Shown here piece by piece: positions 27,372-40,608 of a stretch of 64,000 nucleotides of DNA (positions are counted from its first letter, which is position 1; the number at the start of each line of letters is the position of its first letter). The translations under genes and the position numbers were made by a program. The notes beneath the pieces are model-generated. The model saw nothing but the letters and a program-made list of their open reading frames with translations. It did not search any database and was not told the DNA's origin. This DNA is from the human T2T-CHM13v2.0 reference genome, Homo sapiens. The stretch lies in the NCBI RefSeq assembly GCF_009914755.1, contig NC_060945.1. One strand, written 5' to 3'.

Positions 27372-28390
27372 AAAAAAACTTTGTATTTTAGAATAATTTT
27401 GATTTATAGAAAAGTTGCAAAGATAATACATAGTTTCCTATACCCTTACCCACTTTCTTCTATTGTTAATATCTTACATAACTGTGGTACGTTTGTTACA
27501 ACTAAGTATGCAGCATTGGTAATTTCTATGAACTGAGTCCTACCTTTTATTTGGATTTAATTAGTTTTCTTCCTGACATCCTCTTTCTGTTCCAGGATGC
27601 CATCCCACATTCCATTTGGTCATCATTGCTCCTTAGTCTCCTCTGGTCTGTTACTTTTCTAAGACATTCCTTGCTGTTCATGACCTTGACAGTTTTGAGA
27701 AGTACCACACTAAAGTGTTTTGTAAAAACCCCTCCATTTGCGTTGCCTCGTGCTTTTCTCATGACTAGCTGGGGGTTATGGGTCTTGGGAAAGAATGTCA
27801 CAGAGAGGAAGTGCCCTTCTCATCACACCATATCTGGGGCACATGGTATCAACACGGCTTATCACTGATGTTGTCAATCTTGATCACCTGGCCAAGGTAA
27901 GTTTTTCCAGGTTTCTCCACTTTAAAGGTAGAGCAGCAGTGACTTTTCTCCATCTTTCCATATTGACTTTTTAGAAGCAAGTCACTAAGCCCAGCCCACA
28001 CTCAAAGGGGCAGGGAGAAGATCTGACTCCACCTCCTGGAAATAGAGACATCTATTCACAACTCTTCTGTAAGGGAGATTCCCCGTTTCCCATTTGTGTA
28101 TTTATTTATTCAATTATTTGTTTATATCAACATAGACTCATAATTTATATCAGTATGGATCATGGAAATGTATGCTTTGGGTTACAGTCCAATTCTATGT
28201 TATTTATTTTCTTGCTGAAATTGCTCCAGCTTTGGCCACGGAGAGTTTGTTCAGGTTGGCTCCTATGCCCTTTTCTGTGTCCTCAACCTTTTGTTTTTCT
28301 AGCACTTCCTTACTTTCTGTAATTAGAAATTACTCCAGGAGCATCTTGAATTTTTCCTGTCCCAGTCCTAGAATCTATCATGTTTTCATC
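27372..28390 (-). mobile_element. L1MC/L1MD-type 3' UTR (same family as 8660-9690, opposite strand)
   Basis: 'gaaaagttgcaaagataataca', 'ctccttagtctcctctggtctg', 'ttgctccagctttggcca...tcaggttggctcct'. Confidence 0.85.
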
Positions 28391-28779
28391 TATTTTTAAG
28401 AATGAAAGAAAATTATTCCCTTTAACCTAAAAATGGGCAAATTCACAGATATCTCAAAATATCACTTGTGTTTAGATTTGTTAGAGATCAATGAAGTGGC
28501 TATTTTGAGGAGCACTTTTCTGAAGAGGCATTATCTCTCCTAATGGAGCTAATGATATCAGGTATTATAAGAGTCATTAAAATTTAGAATCTGGTTGGAT
28601 GATTGATCCGTTTTTGCAACTCCGAATATTTTAGTGACAAACTTCTAGCCAAAACATCTGCATTTATATGTAGGTGAAATTAGGTATTCTCCTGCCAAAC
28701 TGAAGAATAGGTCTCAGCTGGGATAGCTCCTACCAGAGAGAAATTTGCATTGTCTTGAATGAAAGGGGTTTCAGTTGAA

Positions 28780-28905
28780 ATATTAGTTGGGTTATGCCTG
28801 TAAGGGTGTTTCAGGATGAGATTAGCATTTGACTCAGTGGACTCAGTAAAGTCAATTGCCCTCCTCAATACAAGTGAGCATCATTCAATCTGTTTAGGAA
28901 CTGAA
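28780..28905 (+). mobile_element. MLT2 5' fragment
   Basis: 'gggtgtttcaggatgagattagcatttgactcagtggactcagtaaag'. Confidence 0.7.
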
Positions 28906-29382
28906 AACAACAATCACTTATTGAGTCACAGTTCTGTATGTTGGCAATCTGGGCGGGCCTCCCCTGGGAGGTTCTTCTGCTGGTCTCTCCTGGGCTCAGC
29001 CATGTGATCATCCAATGCCAGGGAGACGGAAGGAGTAACTTGTGTTGATAGCTTTACAGTTTGTGTTTCCAGTCTGTTATAAGAACTGACCATACCTTGT
29101 TCCTAGGATTCTCGAAATGCATCTGTATACTTCCAACTATATTGCCTGAATCTTTGATAATTCAAGTGAGTTTCTGTTCCTTTAGACAAAACAATGACCA
29201 AGAAAAGTTTCTTTAAGATTCTATTTTAATGTCTGTATTAATTAGAATATGTATTATCTGTCCTTCTAATAACAAAATTCGACATCCCGGTGATTTAAAA
29301 TAATAAAAACACAATTGCTGCTCATCCAGCAGAGGTGGCATTGGACGCTGTCTCCCTGGCATTACCCAATCTGTTAATGGAA

Positions 29383-29630
29383 TGAAAACAGCAATCAGTT
29401 ATTGATTCACAGTTCTGTCTGTTGGCAATCTGAGCGGGCCTCCACTGGAAGGTTCTTCTGCTGGTCTCTCCTGGGCTCAGCGGCGTGACAGCAGTCAGCT
29501 GGTAGGTGAGTGGAGTGCAGCAGCCTGGTCTTGCCTCACGCACATGTCTGCTGCTGTGTTCCGACTGTCAGTGAGGCCCTCCCTCCACATGGTCTCTCAT
29601 ACTCAAGGAGGCCAGCCTGGGCTTCTTGCC
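29383..29630 (-). mobile_element. MLT1 LTR fragment
   Basis: 'tcacagttctgtctgttggcaatctgagc...ggttcttctgctggtctctcctgggctca...cagcagtcagctgg'. Confidence 0.7.
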
Positions 29631-29889
29631 CCCAGTATATATTTAACTTTTGAGTTTTGTGCTTTCAGGGTCAATGTTTTTCATCTCTGGATTCAGACCA
29701 CAAGTCACATACAGGCTTGTGCTTTCGGACAAGTAACTTAACTGCTCTAAACCTTTGCTATGATAATAAAAGGAGAACAGATACAAACCGCATAATGCGA
29801 TACCTGGCAAGTGGAAAGTCTCAAAAACCATCAGCTACTACAATGAGTATTGTTGTTGTTGTTATTTTTAGTATTATTATTAAATCTAA

Positions 29890-30264
29890 CACATCCCTTC
29901 CCTGCCACGAGGTTAGGTGTGATCATGTGACTGACTTCTGGCTGAAGGAATGTGAGAAGAAATGACACAAACCATTTGTAGGCCTGACCCAGGAAAACTT
30001 CTCTGTGATCCTCTCCACACTTTTTCTCCTTCTTGGTCTGCCAGCTGGATGACACAAAAAATCTAAAGAGAACTTGGGGACCCTAAGGAATCAGGAGCCA
30101 CAAATTGGAAAGGTCCCGAGTCTTTGTGCGTACCTGTGAAAGGCCAGTCACTGAGCATCCACATCTAGTGCATGAGCTGGAATTATATTTTTATTATTTT
30201 AAATCACTGAGATGTCGAGAGTTTTGTTATTTGAGGGACAAATAGTATGTATCCTAATTAATAC
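29890..30264 (+). mobile_element. MLT1J-like LTR
   Basis: 'gttaggtgtgatcatgtgactgacttctggc...tttaaatcactgagatg...ctaattaataca'. Confidence 0.7.
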
Positions 30265-30701
30265 AGACATTAAAATGGAATCTTAAAGAAATTTTCTTGG
30301 TCATTTTTTTTTTCTAAAGAAACAAACTCACTTGAATTATCAAAGATTTGGGCAATATAGTTGGAAGTATACAGATGTATCTCAAGAATCCTAGGAACAA
30401 GGTACAGTCAGTTTTCATGACAGACAGGAACCACAAACTGTAAAGCTATCAACATAAGTTACTCCTTCCGTCTCCCTGGCAGTATATGGAGGCTTATTTC
30501 TGGTTTTCTGCGTGCTCTTTATTTCTTTCTTTCTGCCTACAGATTGGCTTTCTTTGCTTCTCAGGTTGCCCTAGAGACCCTCTCAGAGATGATTGGCTCA
30601 AGCTGAGCCAAAATGTACTCCCTGGTCGAACCAGCTGTGACTAAAGGGCAGAGCCACCTTGCACAACAGTCAGTTCCCACAGAAAGAAGGGGACCCCCCT
30701 T

Positions 30702-31071
<370 letters not shown>

Positions 31072-31204
31072 TCAGTGAGACCAACACTTCCCATTTTACT
31101 TTGTAAGTAGTCCTTGGTTTTTACAACTTGCCCATCAATTGATTAAAAAAAAAATTTAGTGGAAGAGTCTTCCCTTTACTTGTCTATTATAATTAAAACT
31201 ATAT

Positions 31205-31435
31205 TGTATTTTTTAAAATAGATTTTATGTTTTTAAGAATAGTATTAGGTTCACAGCAAAATTGAGGGGAGGGGACAGAGATTTTCCATATACTCCCTAC
31301 CCTGCAATGTGCATAACATTCCACTTTATCAATATCCCCTACCGAAGTGGTGCATTTGTTACAACTGATGAATCTAACTTGACATATTATTATCACCCAA
31401 AGTTCATAGTTTACACAACGGTGCACCCTTGATAT
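31205..31435 (-). mobile_element. L1MC-type 3' end
   Basis: 'ttaggttcacagcaaaattgag...catttgttacaactgatgaa...tatcacccaaagttcatagtttaca'. Confidence 0.8.
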
Positions 31436-32043
31436 CCCTTGGAATTGTATCTAAATTATTAAGATGTTATATTCTAGGCTGTTGAAGCAACATGTATCAC
31501 TATATCATCCATCAACAAATTTTAGTTTTGTGATGTTGAACTTCACTCGGATACAAGGTGGAATGTTTTGTTAAAATACTTGAAATCTCCTACTGGCCTT
31601 GACGTTTAGATAAGAACAATTTGTCAGAAACCTATCTCATTATTTCCAGGTAGCAGGATTCATGCAGAGTGTTTGCAACACACTGATGCTGTCTTAATGC
31701 TGAACAATGCTATGTTTTAAGCTTTGGAAAGTGGATATCTCCTGGGTTTACTCTCGAGCTCCCTGTTGGAATGATTTTATACTTCAGCTCTCAGTGGGAA
31801 TCTGCCTCCAACTCCCCAGCTGGATTGCTTTGCTACATTAGGGGCCAATCAGCAGAAGCTGTTTATCTCTCAGAAGAGTATGAGCTGTTGTTTCCCAACA
31901 CACTTAGTGCTCCCTTTTCAGAGACATAAACTGTCATTTTCAGTAAGTAATTTCTATTGAATCACTGGTGCCAGATAACTGAGGATGATAACAAGAGTGA
32001 GATGGTTGCCATGAAAAATTGCTAATATAAAATGTGACGGCCC

Positions 32044-32339
32044 TTCTCAGCAAACTAACACGGGGACAGAAAACCAAACACCACATGTTCTCACTCATAA
32101 GTGTGAGTTGAACAATGAGAACACATGGACATAGGGAGGGGAACATCACACACTGGAGCCTGTCAGAGGGCGGGTGGCAAGGGGAGGGAGACCATTAGGA
32201 CAAATACCTAATGCACGCGGGGCTTAAAACCCAGAAGATGGGTTGATCGGTGCAGCAAACCACCATGGCACACGTATACCTGTGTAACAAAGCTGCACGT
32301 TCTGCACATGTATCCCAGAACTTAAAGTACAATTTTTAA
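32044..32339 (+). mobile_element. L1PA (about PA7/8) 5'-truncated 3' end
   Basis: 'aaaccaaacaccacatgttctcactcataagt...cacatgtatcccagaacttaaagta'; TSD aaaatgtga(c/t)gg(c/t)cc. Confidence 0.95.
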
Positions 32340-32984
32340 AAAATGTGATGGTCCGTCCTTAGCTTGCACAAGCAAGGATGACAGAAATGACACCAGAGAG
32401 AGGGAAGCACCACAAACTGATTAGGTAGAGTAATTCCAGGGGTCTTTTTCCAGAGATACCTCCCTGTTACTGAGCAAGGGACAAGGATTGGGGAAGGAAA
32501 GGTGACATTGTTGAAAAAATACACAAAGATGGCATCTCTTAAAAAGGACTGAGGTTTCTGCCTTCCCTTAGATTGGAGCTGTGAATATGTGAGGCAGATT
32601 TGAAATGGAATCAGGTAATTAAGACATATCCAGGGCGGGGAGAGCTTTCAGAAAGTCTGAAGTGCTGGCCAAGACTGAGGCTCAGGGAAAGTCAGAGCCA
32701 TAGAAACCGGCCACAAGCTGCAGAGACTCATAAGATATCTGGACCCAAATGGCTCAACCAACCATGGAGCAGATGGAGGACAGTCAGAAGAGCAGGAGGT
32801 TCAGGAAATCTCAGCTACCGTATTTCCATTTATCAGTTGTCTATTGTGTGTTATTTGCCATTTTTGACTTCTTTTCTGATTACTTTGTGGTAGAGAGTTC
32901 TGAAGAGTGAGAGGCCCAGGCCATGCCTTTCACATTCTTCAGAGGGTCTCAGGGTGCCCATAAGTGCAAGCTTGCCAGAAAACT

Positions 32985-33185
32985 AGCAAGAGCACCCATT
33001 TGCAGCACTTACCAAGGAGAGGCACTTTAGTAAGGGCTACACATCTCCACCAGAGTCCAGGAATAAACTATTATCATCATTACATTACAAATAAGGAAAC
33101 CAAGGCTCACAGAAGCTATGGTACTTGGGAAAACTGGGACATGAATCTTGTTCTCTATAACTTCAGAGCCCACCTCTAACCACAG
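32985..33185 (-). mobile_element. MIR
   Basis: 'ttacaaataaggaaaccaaggctcacaga...acttcagagcccacctctaaccac'. Confidence 0.65.
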
Positions 33186-35455
33186 AAATCTGCTTCTCTC
33201 TAGCTGTATGGGATAATCAAGGAAGGTATACTCAACTTTTATTGCATGAAGAGTTCTGATGTGCATAAAGAGCTCTGATGTGGTCCAAGAATCAACAGCT
33301 GTGTATTTCTTGCTTCTTTGTTCTGGCTTCAGACACTTTGTGGAGGAGCTGACTTTGGTTGGAATGGTTGGGTCAGATAAATTATTTCAGGGCTAAGCAG
33401 AGTTCTCAGAGATGCACAGCCATGGGGCATTACAGCAGCAGCATCACAGCCATAGTTAGGAGAATGAGGATCAGAGCCTGGTGAAGCTCATGTATGAACT
33501 TCTGGGAGCCTCAAGTTTTGGGTGCATCTCAGAAATGAAAATGGTCAGCAGAGTGCAAATGCAGAAGCAGTAGGCAGGACTGGGGTTGTCCCAGGCTTCA
33601 CAGCAAGGACCCTCCTGCTCCCATGGTGCTGAGCTTCGGATGCGGTTAGGAGGAAGCACTTACTGCACAATGTGGGGGAAGGCATGACGGCTTGAAAGAA
33701 GCAAAGACATCAGGAAGAACTGCACTGTTCCAGTGCCTTTGGGATGCTATTTTTCAAAAGAAGCTGGTTCCTGCCACCCACCCCCGACATTTTGAAATTC
33801 AGCAGAACCATCACTGTTGGCAAACATTTGCTGCTGACTCTCTGAAAGGCTATGTTGTTATCTTATCAACCCGGCTGACTCAGAGAACCATGCGTCAAGG
33901 AGGGGCGAGAGTCTAGTAGATTAGATGCAATCTGGGGTATTCCCCAGTCTGGGGTTATGATTCTAGGATGGCATGATGCCTGTTGATGTAGCCTACTGCC
34001 TGGCCTTGTTTTGGGAGCCCCTGCTCCCCAAACTCACTTTGGCTGCCATTATCCAAGACTACAGGTGACCATTTTACCTCAGAGTCTTCCTCTTCCTGGG
34101 AGTATCCCTGTGGTCCTCTGCCTCCTTGGCCTCTCTGTGCAGTGTTCTTGGTGTCTAGTCACTTAATGCCACAGACTGTACAGAAGACCTCTGTGTGCAC
34201 CTTTGAAGTCATCTAGACCATTCCCATCCCATTCTTCCTTCAGTCACTGGAGTTTATGGACAATGCATTGTTACAGAAAACCCATTCTTGATGTCTTTGG
34301 AGTCCATGGGTTTTAAGAAGCAAATTCTAGCAGGGCTAAGAGCCTGCAAGGGTAATTAATAGATGACTAGAAGTCAGTCAATTAGCAGATCTCATTAGAA
34401 CGTGGTCTTTTTAAGTCATCAATTGTCTCACCCAGCCACCACCGATGTGGAAGTTCAGCCGACACCTGCAGACCACTCAGCACATCACAGAGCACAACTG
34501 CCAGGGGGGGCTTGTCCATTGGATTTGGGCTGCCTGGCCTTTGTGTGTCACCCAGTAGAAGTGAGGCCCACCCACGCCATAAGAGTTGCTGAGCCGAGTG
34601 AGAACTGCCTCATGGGGACACTCCTACTCTTGGCCAGACATCCCAAGCACTCCTAAAGTAGAAGTGATGATGCTATGGAAGTGAGAGCATAAGGCAACTG
34701 GGCTTCTGCAGGAATACACGGCGGTTCAAACTCACCATGTTACAGTTGGGAACTTGCTCAGGGCATAAGCCCACCTATGCCAGCTAGAGGCAGGCACCAT
34801 TACCCTATGCAGGGCTAAGCAGAAGAAGCATGGGGTTTAAGTTTAAGCCTCGAGCAGACAGGACTCCCACTGACCCTTGGTTCCTACATCATACACATTA
34901 TGTTTCCAATGGGGAACTCAGGAGGAGCAAGGTAATGGTGCCCTGTGGGCGAGGCTGTACAAGGGACATTCTAGGGCAGAGGTAGGATGGCTGCAAGCTG
35001 GGGAGCAGCAGGGCTACAGTGCCAGTGAGATCCAGCAGGGCTCCAGGAAAGGTCACTGGGTCTTGTCTATGTTGGGACACGCAGTGGCAGGCTTTGGCAG
35101 CTGTGAACATCAGCAGTTAGTGCCAACAGGGCATCCTGTGATCAATTAGGATAAGGATATGTTCAAGGAGTCAAGAGGACCCAGAGAAGAAAAGGGTACC
35201 TGTATCCAGATATGAGGACCCCATTCCACCTCTGCCCTAATGACAACATAGGCCACCCGCTGTGTCTAGATGCTATCTTGAAAAGTAGAACTTGGCTGGC
35301 CAGGGGGTATGGGGTAAAAGGGAAGGTATTAGAAAAAAAAAAAAGTTAAAAAACCTTGAAAAAAATTGACATTTTCCCAAAAGAGGTGACATTAATCCAA
35401 AGTAAGACTATGTTTTAAATGATGTACATTATTAGGCAGTTGCGGCCATCTAGAA

Positions 35456-35665
35456 TGATGCTGCCCAATATAACAGCCCACAGTTGCATGTGACAATTTA
35501 GATTTCAATCAGCTAAAACTAAATAAAATAAAAGATTCAGTTCTTCAGTGGCACCAATCACATTTCAAGTGCTCATAGCCACATGTGGCTCTTGGCTACC
35601 ATGTTAGACAGAGCAGATATGGGCCATTTCCATCATCACAGAAAGTACCACTGGACAATGCTGGT
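35456..35665. mobile_element. MER3/MER33-type hAT-Charlie MITE
   Basis: 'cacatttcaagtgctcatagccacatgtggct...catttccatcatcacagaaagt...ggacaatgctg'. Confidence 0.8.
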
Positions 35666-35834
35666 CTAAAACACAAGCCCAGGATAGCAGGCCTCTTCTC
35701 TGTCTTATTCACCACAGTATTTGCAGGCATCTAGAGAGAGCCCAGCACATAAGTGAAATACGGTCAAGAATTTTCCTAAAGTTCAGCTCTTTAAAATATG
35801 GTCCTCATCAACCTGTCCAGGCTTTGTTTTTCAT

Positions 35835-36560
35835 TATTTATTCATTCATTAAACATAGATTTATATTTACTGATGTGCCGGGTGCTCTGCTAGATGCTGA
35901 GGATGAAAAATAAGACATAATCTCCATCCTCACAGAGCTCACTTCTACTGGGAAGACAGCAAATCGACTAGACAACTGGTCCACCCAATAATTACAGGTG
36001 GAGAAAAACACTATAAAGGAAAGAAACATGATGGAAAAGGCCACAAGCAGCTGCTGCCAATAGAATAGTTGGGGAAGGTGTCTTCGAGCAGGGGACACTC
36101 CAGCCAAGACCAGAAGCTCCTTGAATCCCTCTTCCCAGTCTGCCACAGTGGGTGGTACCTAAAAGCACTCAGTCAATAGTCGGTGGATGAATCACTGAGA
36201 AGGAGCCAGGTATTCAAAGGATCGGGGAAGGGCATTGTTGGCAAATTGGGTCTGAAACCTTTAATGTGAGACTGAGCTTGATCGGTGTGAATAGCAGAAA
36301 GAATACCACTAAGGCTGGAGCAGAATCAGCAGGTGGGAGAGAGAGGTGAGTTGGGATTTGAAGCAATATGGGGGCCTCTTGCTTAGGGGTGCATGACATG
36401 ATCTGATGTATGTTTAAATAAGACCACTCTGGCCACTCCACGGAGACTGCATTGGGATGGGGAACAGGTAGCAAAAGCAGAAGCAGGGAGTTCCGCAAGC
36501 AACCTTGGGCAGCGCCCAGCGAAGAGATGATGGTGATGCCAGCTTGGAGCAGGCTGAGAG
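35835..36560 (-). mobile_element. L2 fragments
   Basis: 'ttattcattcatt...gtgccgggtgctctgctagatgctgaggat', 'gacatgatctgatgtatgtttaaataagaccactctggc'. Confidence 0.7.
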
Positions 36561-36679
36561 CTGTCGGCATGGAGATGTGGCCACGCCCCACTATGTGTCA
36601 GTGAAATTGGAATTAGTGTCTCCAAGGCTATTCCTGCTGTCCTTCCTGTTCTGCTTCCCACCTCCCTCCCCACTTCTCC

Positions 36680-37440
36680 TGCCTCGGCTTGGGATGCTCT
36701 TCCCTCTCATTTTCACTTTCAAAATTCCACCTTACCCTTCAGTGCTCTCAGAAGTTATCGTCCCCCTTGGCAAAGTCTTCCCTGATTGTTGTGGCCGGAT
36801 ATAATTTGCCTATGCTTGGAAACCTTACAGCACTGACTCTACATGCCATCTGCATATGCAGCATTTAGCACACTGCCTGAAATCTGATTGAACTTGGTCT
36901 TCTGTATTCCATGGAGAACCACTAGATGACTTGGGCCTCATAAACATCTTCTTGTACCCTCTTTCAGGGTTAGCACCTAGTCCACTATCTTACATATGAG
37001 TACTCAAAACTATTTGTTGAAGGAACAAAGGACTGTCTCTGTGCTTGCTGGTGTGTATCGTTCTCTTCATTTAACATCTCATTTTTATTTGCATAACCCC
37101 ACCTCTTTGAATATCATTTGCTAACCAACTCTATGGAGGAAATACAAAACTATTCTTTTAAACATAGGATCTGTCCCTGGTGGGCTGCACTTGGCAGCAG
37201 CAATGGTCTGAAACCTCCAAAGACTTGGTAAGAGCTGTGGGGAAGTGCAAAGAGTGTTCAATTAACTCTCCTTACTCAAAGTAAATGGAGGTACTTAAGC
37301 CAACAGCCGTATATTCTCAATTGCTCTTATGACCAGACTGTGAACTCCTTAAACACGATTTATTCATCTCAGTTCGTGCAACACGGCATGTGCCTGGTGC
37401 ACAGTAGGCTCTCCAGACATGTTGGTTGAATGGATAAATC
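36680..37440 (+). mobile_element. Two L2 3'-end fragments (about 36680-37025 and 37330-37440)
   Basis: 'tactcaaaactatttgttgaa'; 'gtgcctggtgcacagtaggctctcc...gttggttgaatgga'. Confidence 0.6.
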
Positions 37441-38258
37441 ATAATATGAGCATTGAGCCTTCTGCTGGGCCCACTTGGAAGGCAATAAACCGCATAGTGG
37501 TGGCTCACCCCGGAATTACGGAGTCCTCTGAGAGGCAGGTCTCACCACCATGGAGAAGGTAGCACTACCATTTTACTGCACAGTCTTCCCAAATTTATGC
37601 GTTAAAAGTGTGCAGCAAGTAGGTAAAAATGCAAAGATAAACCTGATCAATTGTTTCTGTCTTACCCATCACCTGCCACCACGGAGAGTCATTGTTTTCT
37701 GTCTACTGCTTTCATTCATCTTTTTCCTTGCCCTGAAGCCGTTTTTCAGGGTTCCTGGCAAGGGGCCACCCTCCTTCCCTCATCCGATCAGGCCAGAAGA
37801 CAGCGTGAGTTGCTCTTTTCCCTTTTTCTTCTTTGTTTTCTTTTGTAAAGAGTTTCCATGCATGTTATTTGTAAATATCAGTACTATGTGTTTTTTGGCA
37901 TTAGCTTAGAGTATCTAATTTGTGATATCTTCCAGTTCATTACTTATAGTCTTAATTTCAGGAGCAAAAATGAGAGGATCTCTAGGCAGGAAGCTGTAAA
38001 CGAGGCTCCATGTGCAGTACATGTTTGGCCCAGGTCTTCCATGAGTATTCTACGTTTGCTACCATCCCTGAAATAAGTGCTTCCTTCCTCCTCTTTTTTT
38101 CCTCGTGGTGAGGGGAGGGGAGGGGGTTCCTCCTATTTTCTGCAACTGTTTACTTAAGCAGGCATCAATAATTCAGGACATCAGCTCCATTTCTGAAAGC
38201 CCAGGTGAGGGCAAAGGGCTTAGCACCAGGCCAGCGGCTCATTTACTCGCTCCTGCAG

Positions 38259-38326
38259 GACTCCACAGAGATTGCACCAGGCTCCTGCCCGGCCAGACCT
38301 CAGCCACACTTGAAGAGGGGAAGACG
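38259..38326 (+). other. Candidate non-coding exon
   Basis: Acceptor 'ctcgctcctgcag|G' and donor 'ACG|gtaagc'. Confidence 0.25.
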
Positions 38327-38374
38327 GTAAGCATTGACTTCAGAGTTCAGATCTCCTTTGTTTTCTTTCCTTAG

Positions 38375-38517
38375 CTACTTACCAGTTTCCCTGAACCTAT
38401 GAAGATGCCAGAGGCCGTCTCTGGAGTGAGGCCTCTCTGTTGGTTTTGAGCTGCAGCATGCCACCCAGAGCAGCCTCTGATCCCAGCCTCAGACCCAGGC
38501 TTCTGAAACCAGACCAG
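38375..38517 (+). other. Candidate non-coding exon
   Basis: Strong polypyrimidine acceptor 'ctcctttgttttctttccttag|' and consensus donor 'CAG|gtaagg'. Confidence 0.35.
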
Positions 38518-39974
38518 GTAAGGAGAATTTGAATTTATTCCTTAATTTGACAAATGTTTATGAGACTCAAAGATGAAAATGTGGCTGTGACTTAAGAGAG
38601 GCAGAATTAAAGCCTGAGCTATACTTTCTTTATACCTAAGGTCAGAAGGCAACTGAGACATGGTCTCACATCTGGGATATGTGTAAGTTTCAGGACTGCA
38701 GGGACCTACGTAAACAGGTATTTATAGCCTCTTCCTCCTGAAATGATTCAAGGTGCTGGGTCTCTTTGTTCTGCAATTGAGTCTGGTTTCTCCAAGAAGT
38801 CCTCAAACATCTCTCCTTAAGTTCAAAATGTCTCCTTGAAAATAAAACCTAACTGGTCTGAGACATTATTTGGGATTTCTAGTTCAAAATGTGAGAAATG
38901 ACTCCTACTGCCAGGATAAAGGCACAAGTACATTTGTCCATCTCTGCCACCCTTTCCACCCCCAGCCCTACATGCCCCACTCCTACCTTCAGCCGGGTCA
39001 CTTGTAACCTCTGACTGGGGAGGGTCATCTCTATTTTCAAAAATATCCAGAGAAGACCAAGAACATTCCTTGATATCTCCACTCTCTCATGCAATGATCC
39101 TCAACAGCAACACAAACTTCTTATACCCCAAAACACTCAGACCACTTTTGAGAGCTCTTCCTCTCTTTCATCTCTCCCAATCAATCAACGATGGATCATT
39201 TGCCACCATTCTTCTGATAGTCACAATTTGATTAACTCAAAGGCGTTTTACAGTTGTGTTTATAGTTCTGCTTCCATGAACTCTCTCCTGCAGTTGCTTA
39301 ACTAATCTTTCCCTGCCCCAGACTTTGTCTAGTCCAGTGTATACTGCAAAGTATTGCCAGTCTAATCTCTCTATGACAGTTCTGATCAAGCCACTCCCCA
39401 ACCCATCCCACTCCAAACACCCTACCCCCATCAAAGGTATATGGCTGGTAAGTGACCTGAGCGAGATCTCTCTAGGAGACCCACTGATACTCATGCCTTA
39501 CGCCGAGCTCTCGGAATTTTCCGAGCATCTCTTTTGCTCTCTGGTGTCTCCACCATTCACCTCTTAAGACTCTCTCAACCCAGCAGGCTACCCTCCGTTC
39601 GCATTTCTACCTGTCAAGATCCTATCCATTCACCGAGCGTCACAGGAGAATTGTAGTTTATTACATAGGGTCCTTGGCCTACTTGCTCATAGTAGGTCTA
39701 GCTGGGAAGAGAGATGTAAACACAGACATTTGAATGCATACAGTGCTTTGGGGGCTGCTAAGGGGACAGAGCATAGGAGCCCTTAGCCTTTGTAGAGATG
39801 ACATTTAAACAGCTTCTTGCTGGGCAGGAAAAAGTTGGCCATATAAAGAAGTTGGTGGAAGGGTATTGCAGATAAAGGGAACCACATCAGCAAAGGAAAC
39901 TAAAAAGTGTTCATTAGAGAACATAGTATGCAGTCAAGACGGGCCCAAGCCATTATCAAGAACTTCCCACATAG

Positions 39975-40195
39975 CAAGAAGGCTTGGCACCACACCCTTT
40001 GCTTGGCCTACCTTGTTTCACTCACCTCATACCCTGTAAGGTGGATACTGTTAGCATCGAAGCTGTTTTACAGATGAAGACACTGAGACACAAAGAAATG
40101 GAGTAACAGCCAGGTTCACACAGATAGCAAGTTAAGTGTGGAGCCCAGCTTTGAACCCAGGAATCTGACTACAAAAACTGAACTCTACATAGCTA
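39975..40195 (-). mobile_element. MIR
   Basis: 'ttttacagatgaagacactgagacaca...tttgaacccaggaatctgact'. Confidence 0.75.
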
Positions 40196-40335
40196 TTCCT
40201 CTTCAGCTGAGAATGCAGTTACAGAAAAAGGCCAAGGTGCCTTCAAAGTTCTGTAGTTAGTGGGTTCCAGGTGTGGCTTTGCATCAGTTACTTGTGCCAC
40301 GGACACTTTCTCGGTTTTAGTTTCTTCATCTATAG

Positions 40336-40568
40336 CCGTGTTTCCCAACAGGGAGTGATTGTACCCCGCCCCCCGCCCCGGGGCACATTTGGCAATATCA
40401 GGATACATTTTGGATGGATATAGTGGAGGTGGGGTGGGGGAGCGCTATACAACCAGTGGGCAGAAGCCAAGGATGCTGCTCAACATTGTGCAATGGATAG
40501 CAACAGGGCCCCCACCACAAAGAATGATCTGACCCCAGTATCAACAGCACTGAGGCTGAGAACATCTG
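40336..40568 (+). mobile_element. MER20 hAT-Charlie MITE
   Basis: 'ggggcacatttggcaatatc...gccaaggatgctgct...ccaccacaaagaatgatctgaccc...gaggctgagaa'. Confidence 0.85.
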
Positions 40569-40608
40569 CTTTATGGAGGAGGCTTAAGACCCACACATGC
40601 ACCCCACA

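Larger units (their letters stand above)
28878..30490. repeat. Complex duplication: direct repeat A (28878-29007 / 29359-29488) around inverted copy B' (29011-29338) of 30159-30490
   Basis: Hand alignment: A about 87% identical; B' is the reverse complement of 30159-30490 (e.g. 'aaactcacttgaattatcaaagatt', 'gttactccttccgtctccctggca'). Confidence 0.95.

Noticed and set aside
32358-32383. gcaaggatgaca resembling U6 snRNA
   Set aside because: Only about 12 nt match; the rest of U6 is absent
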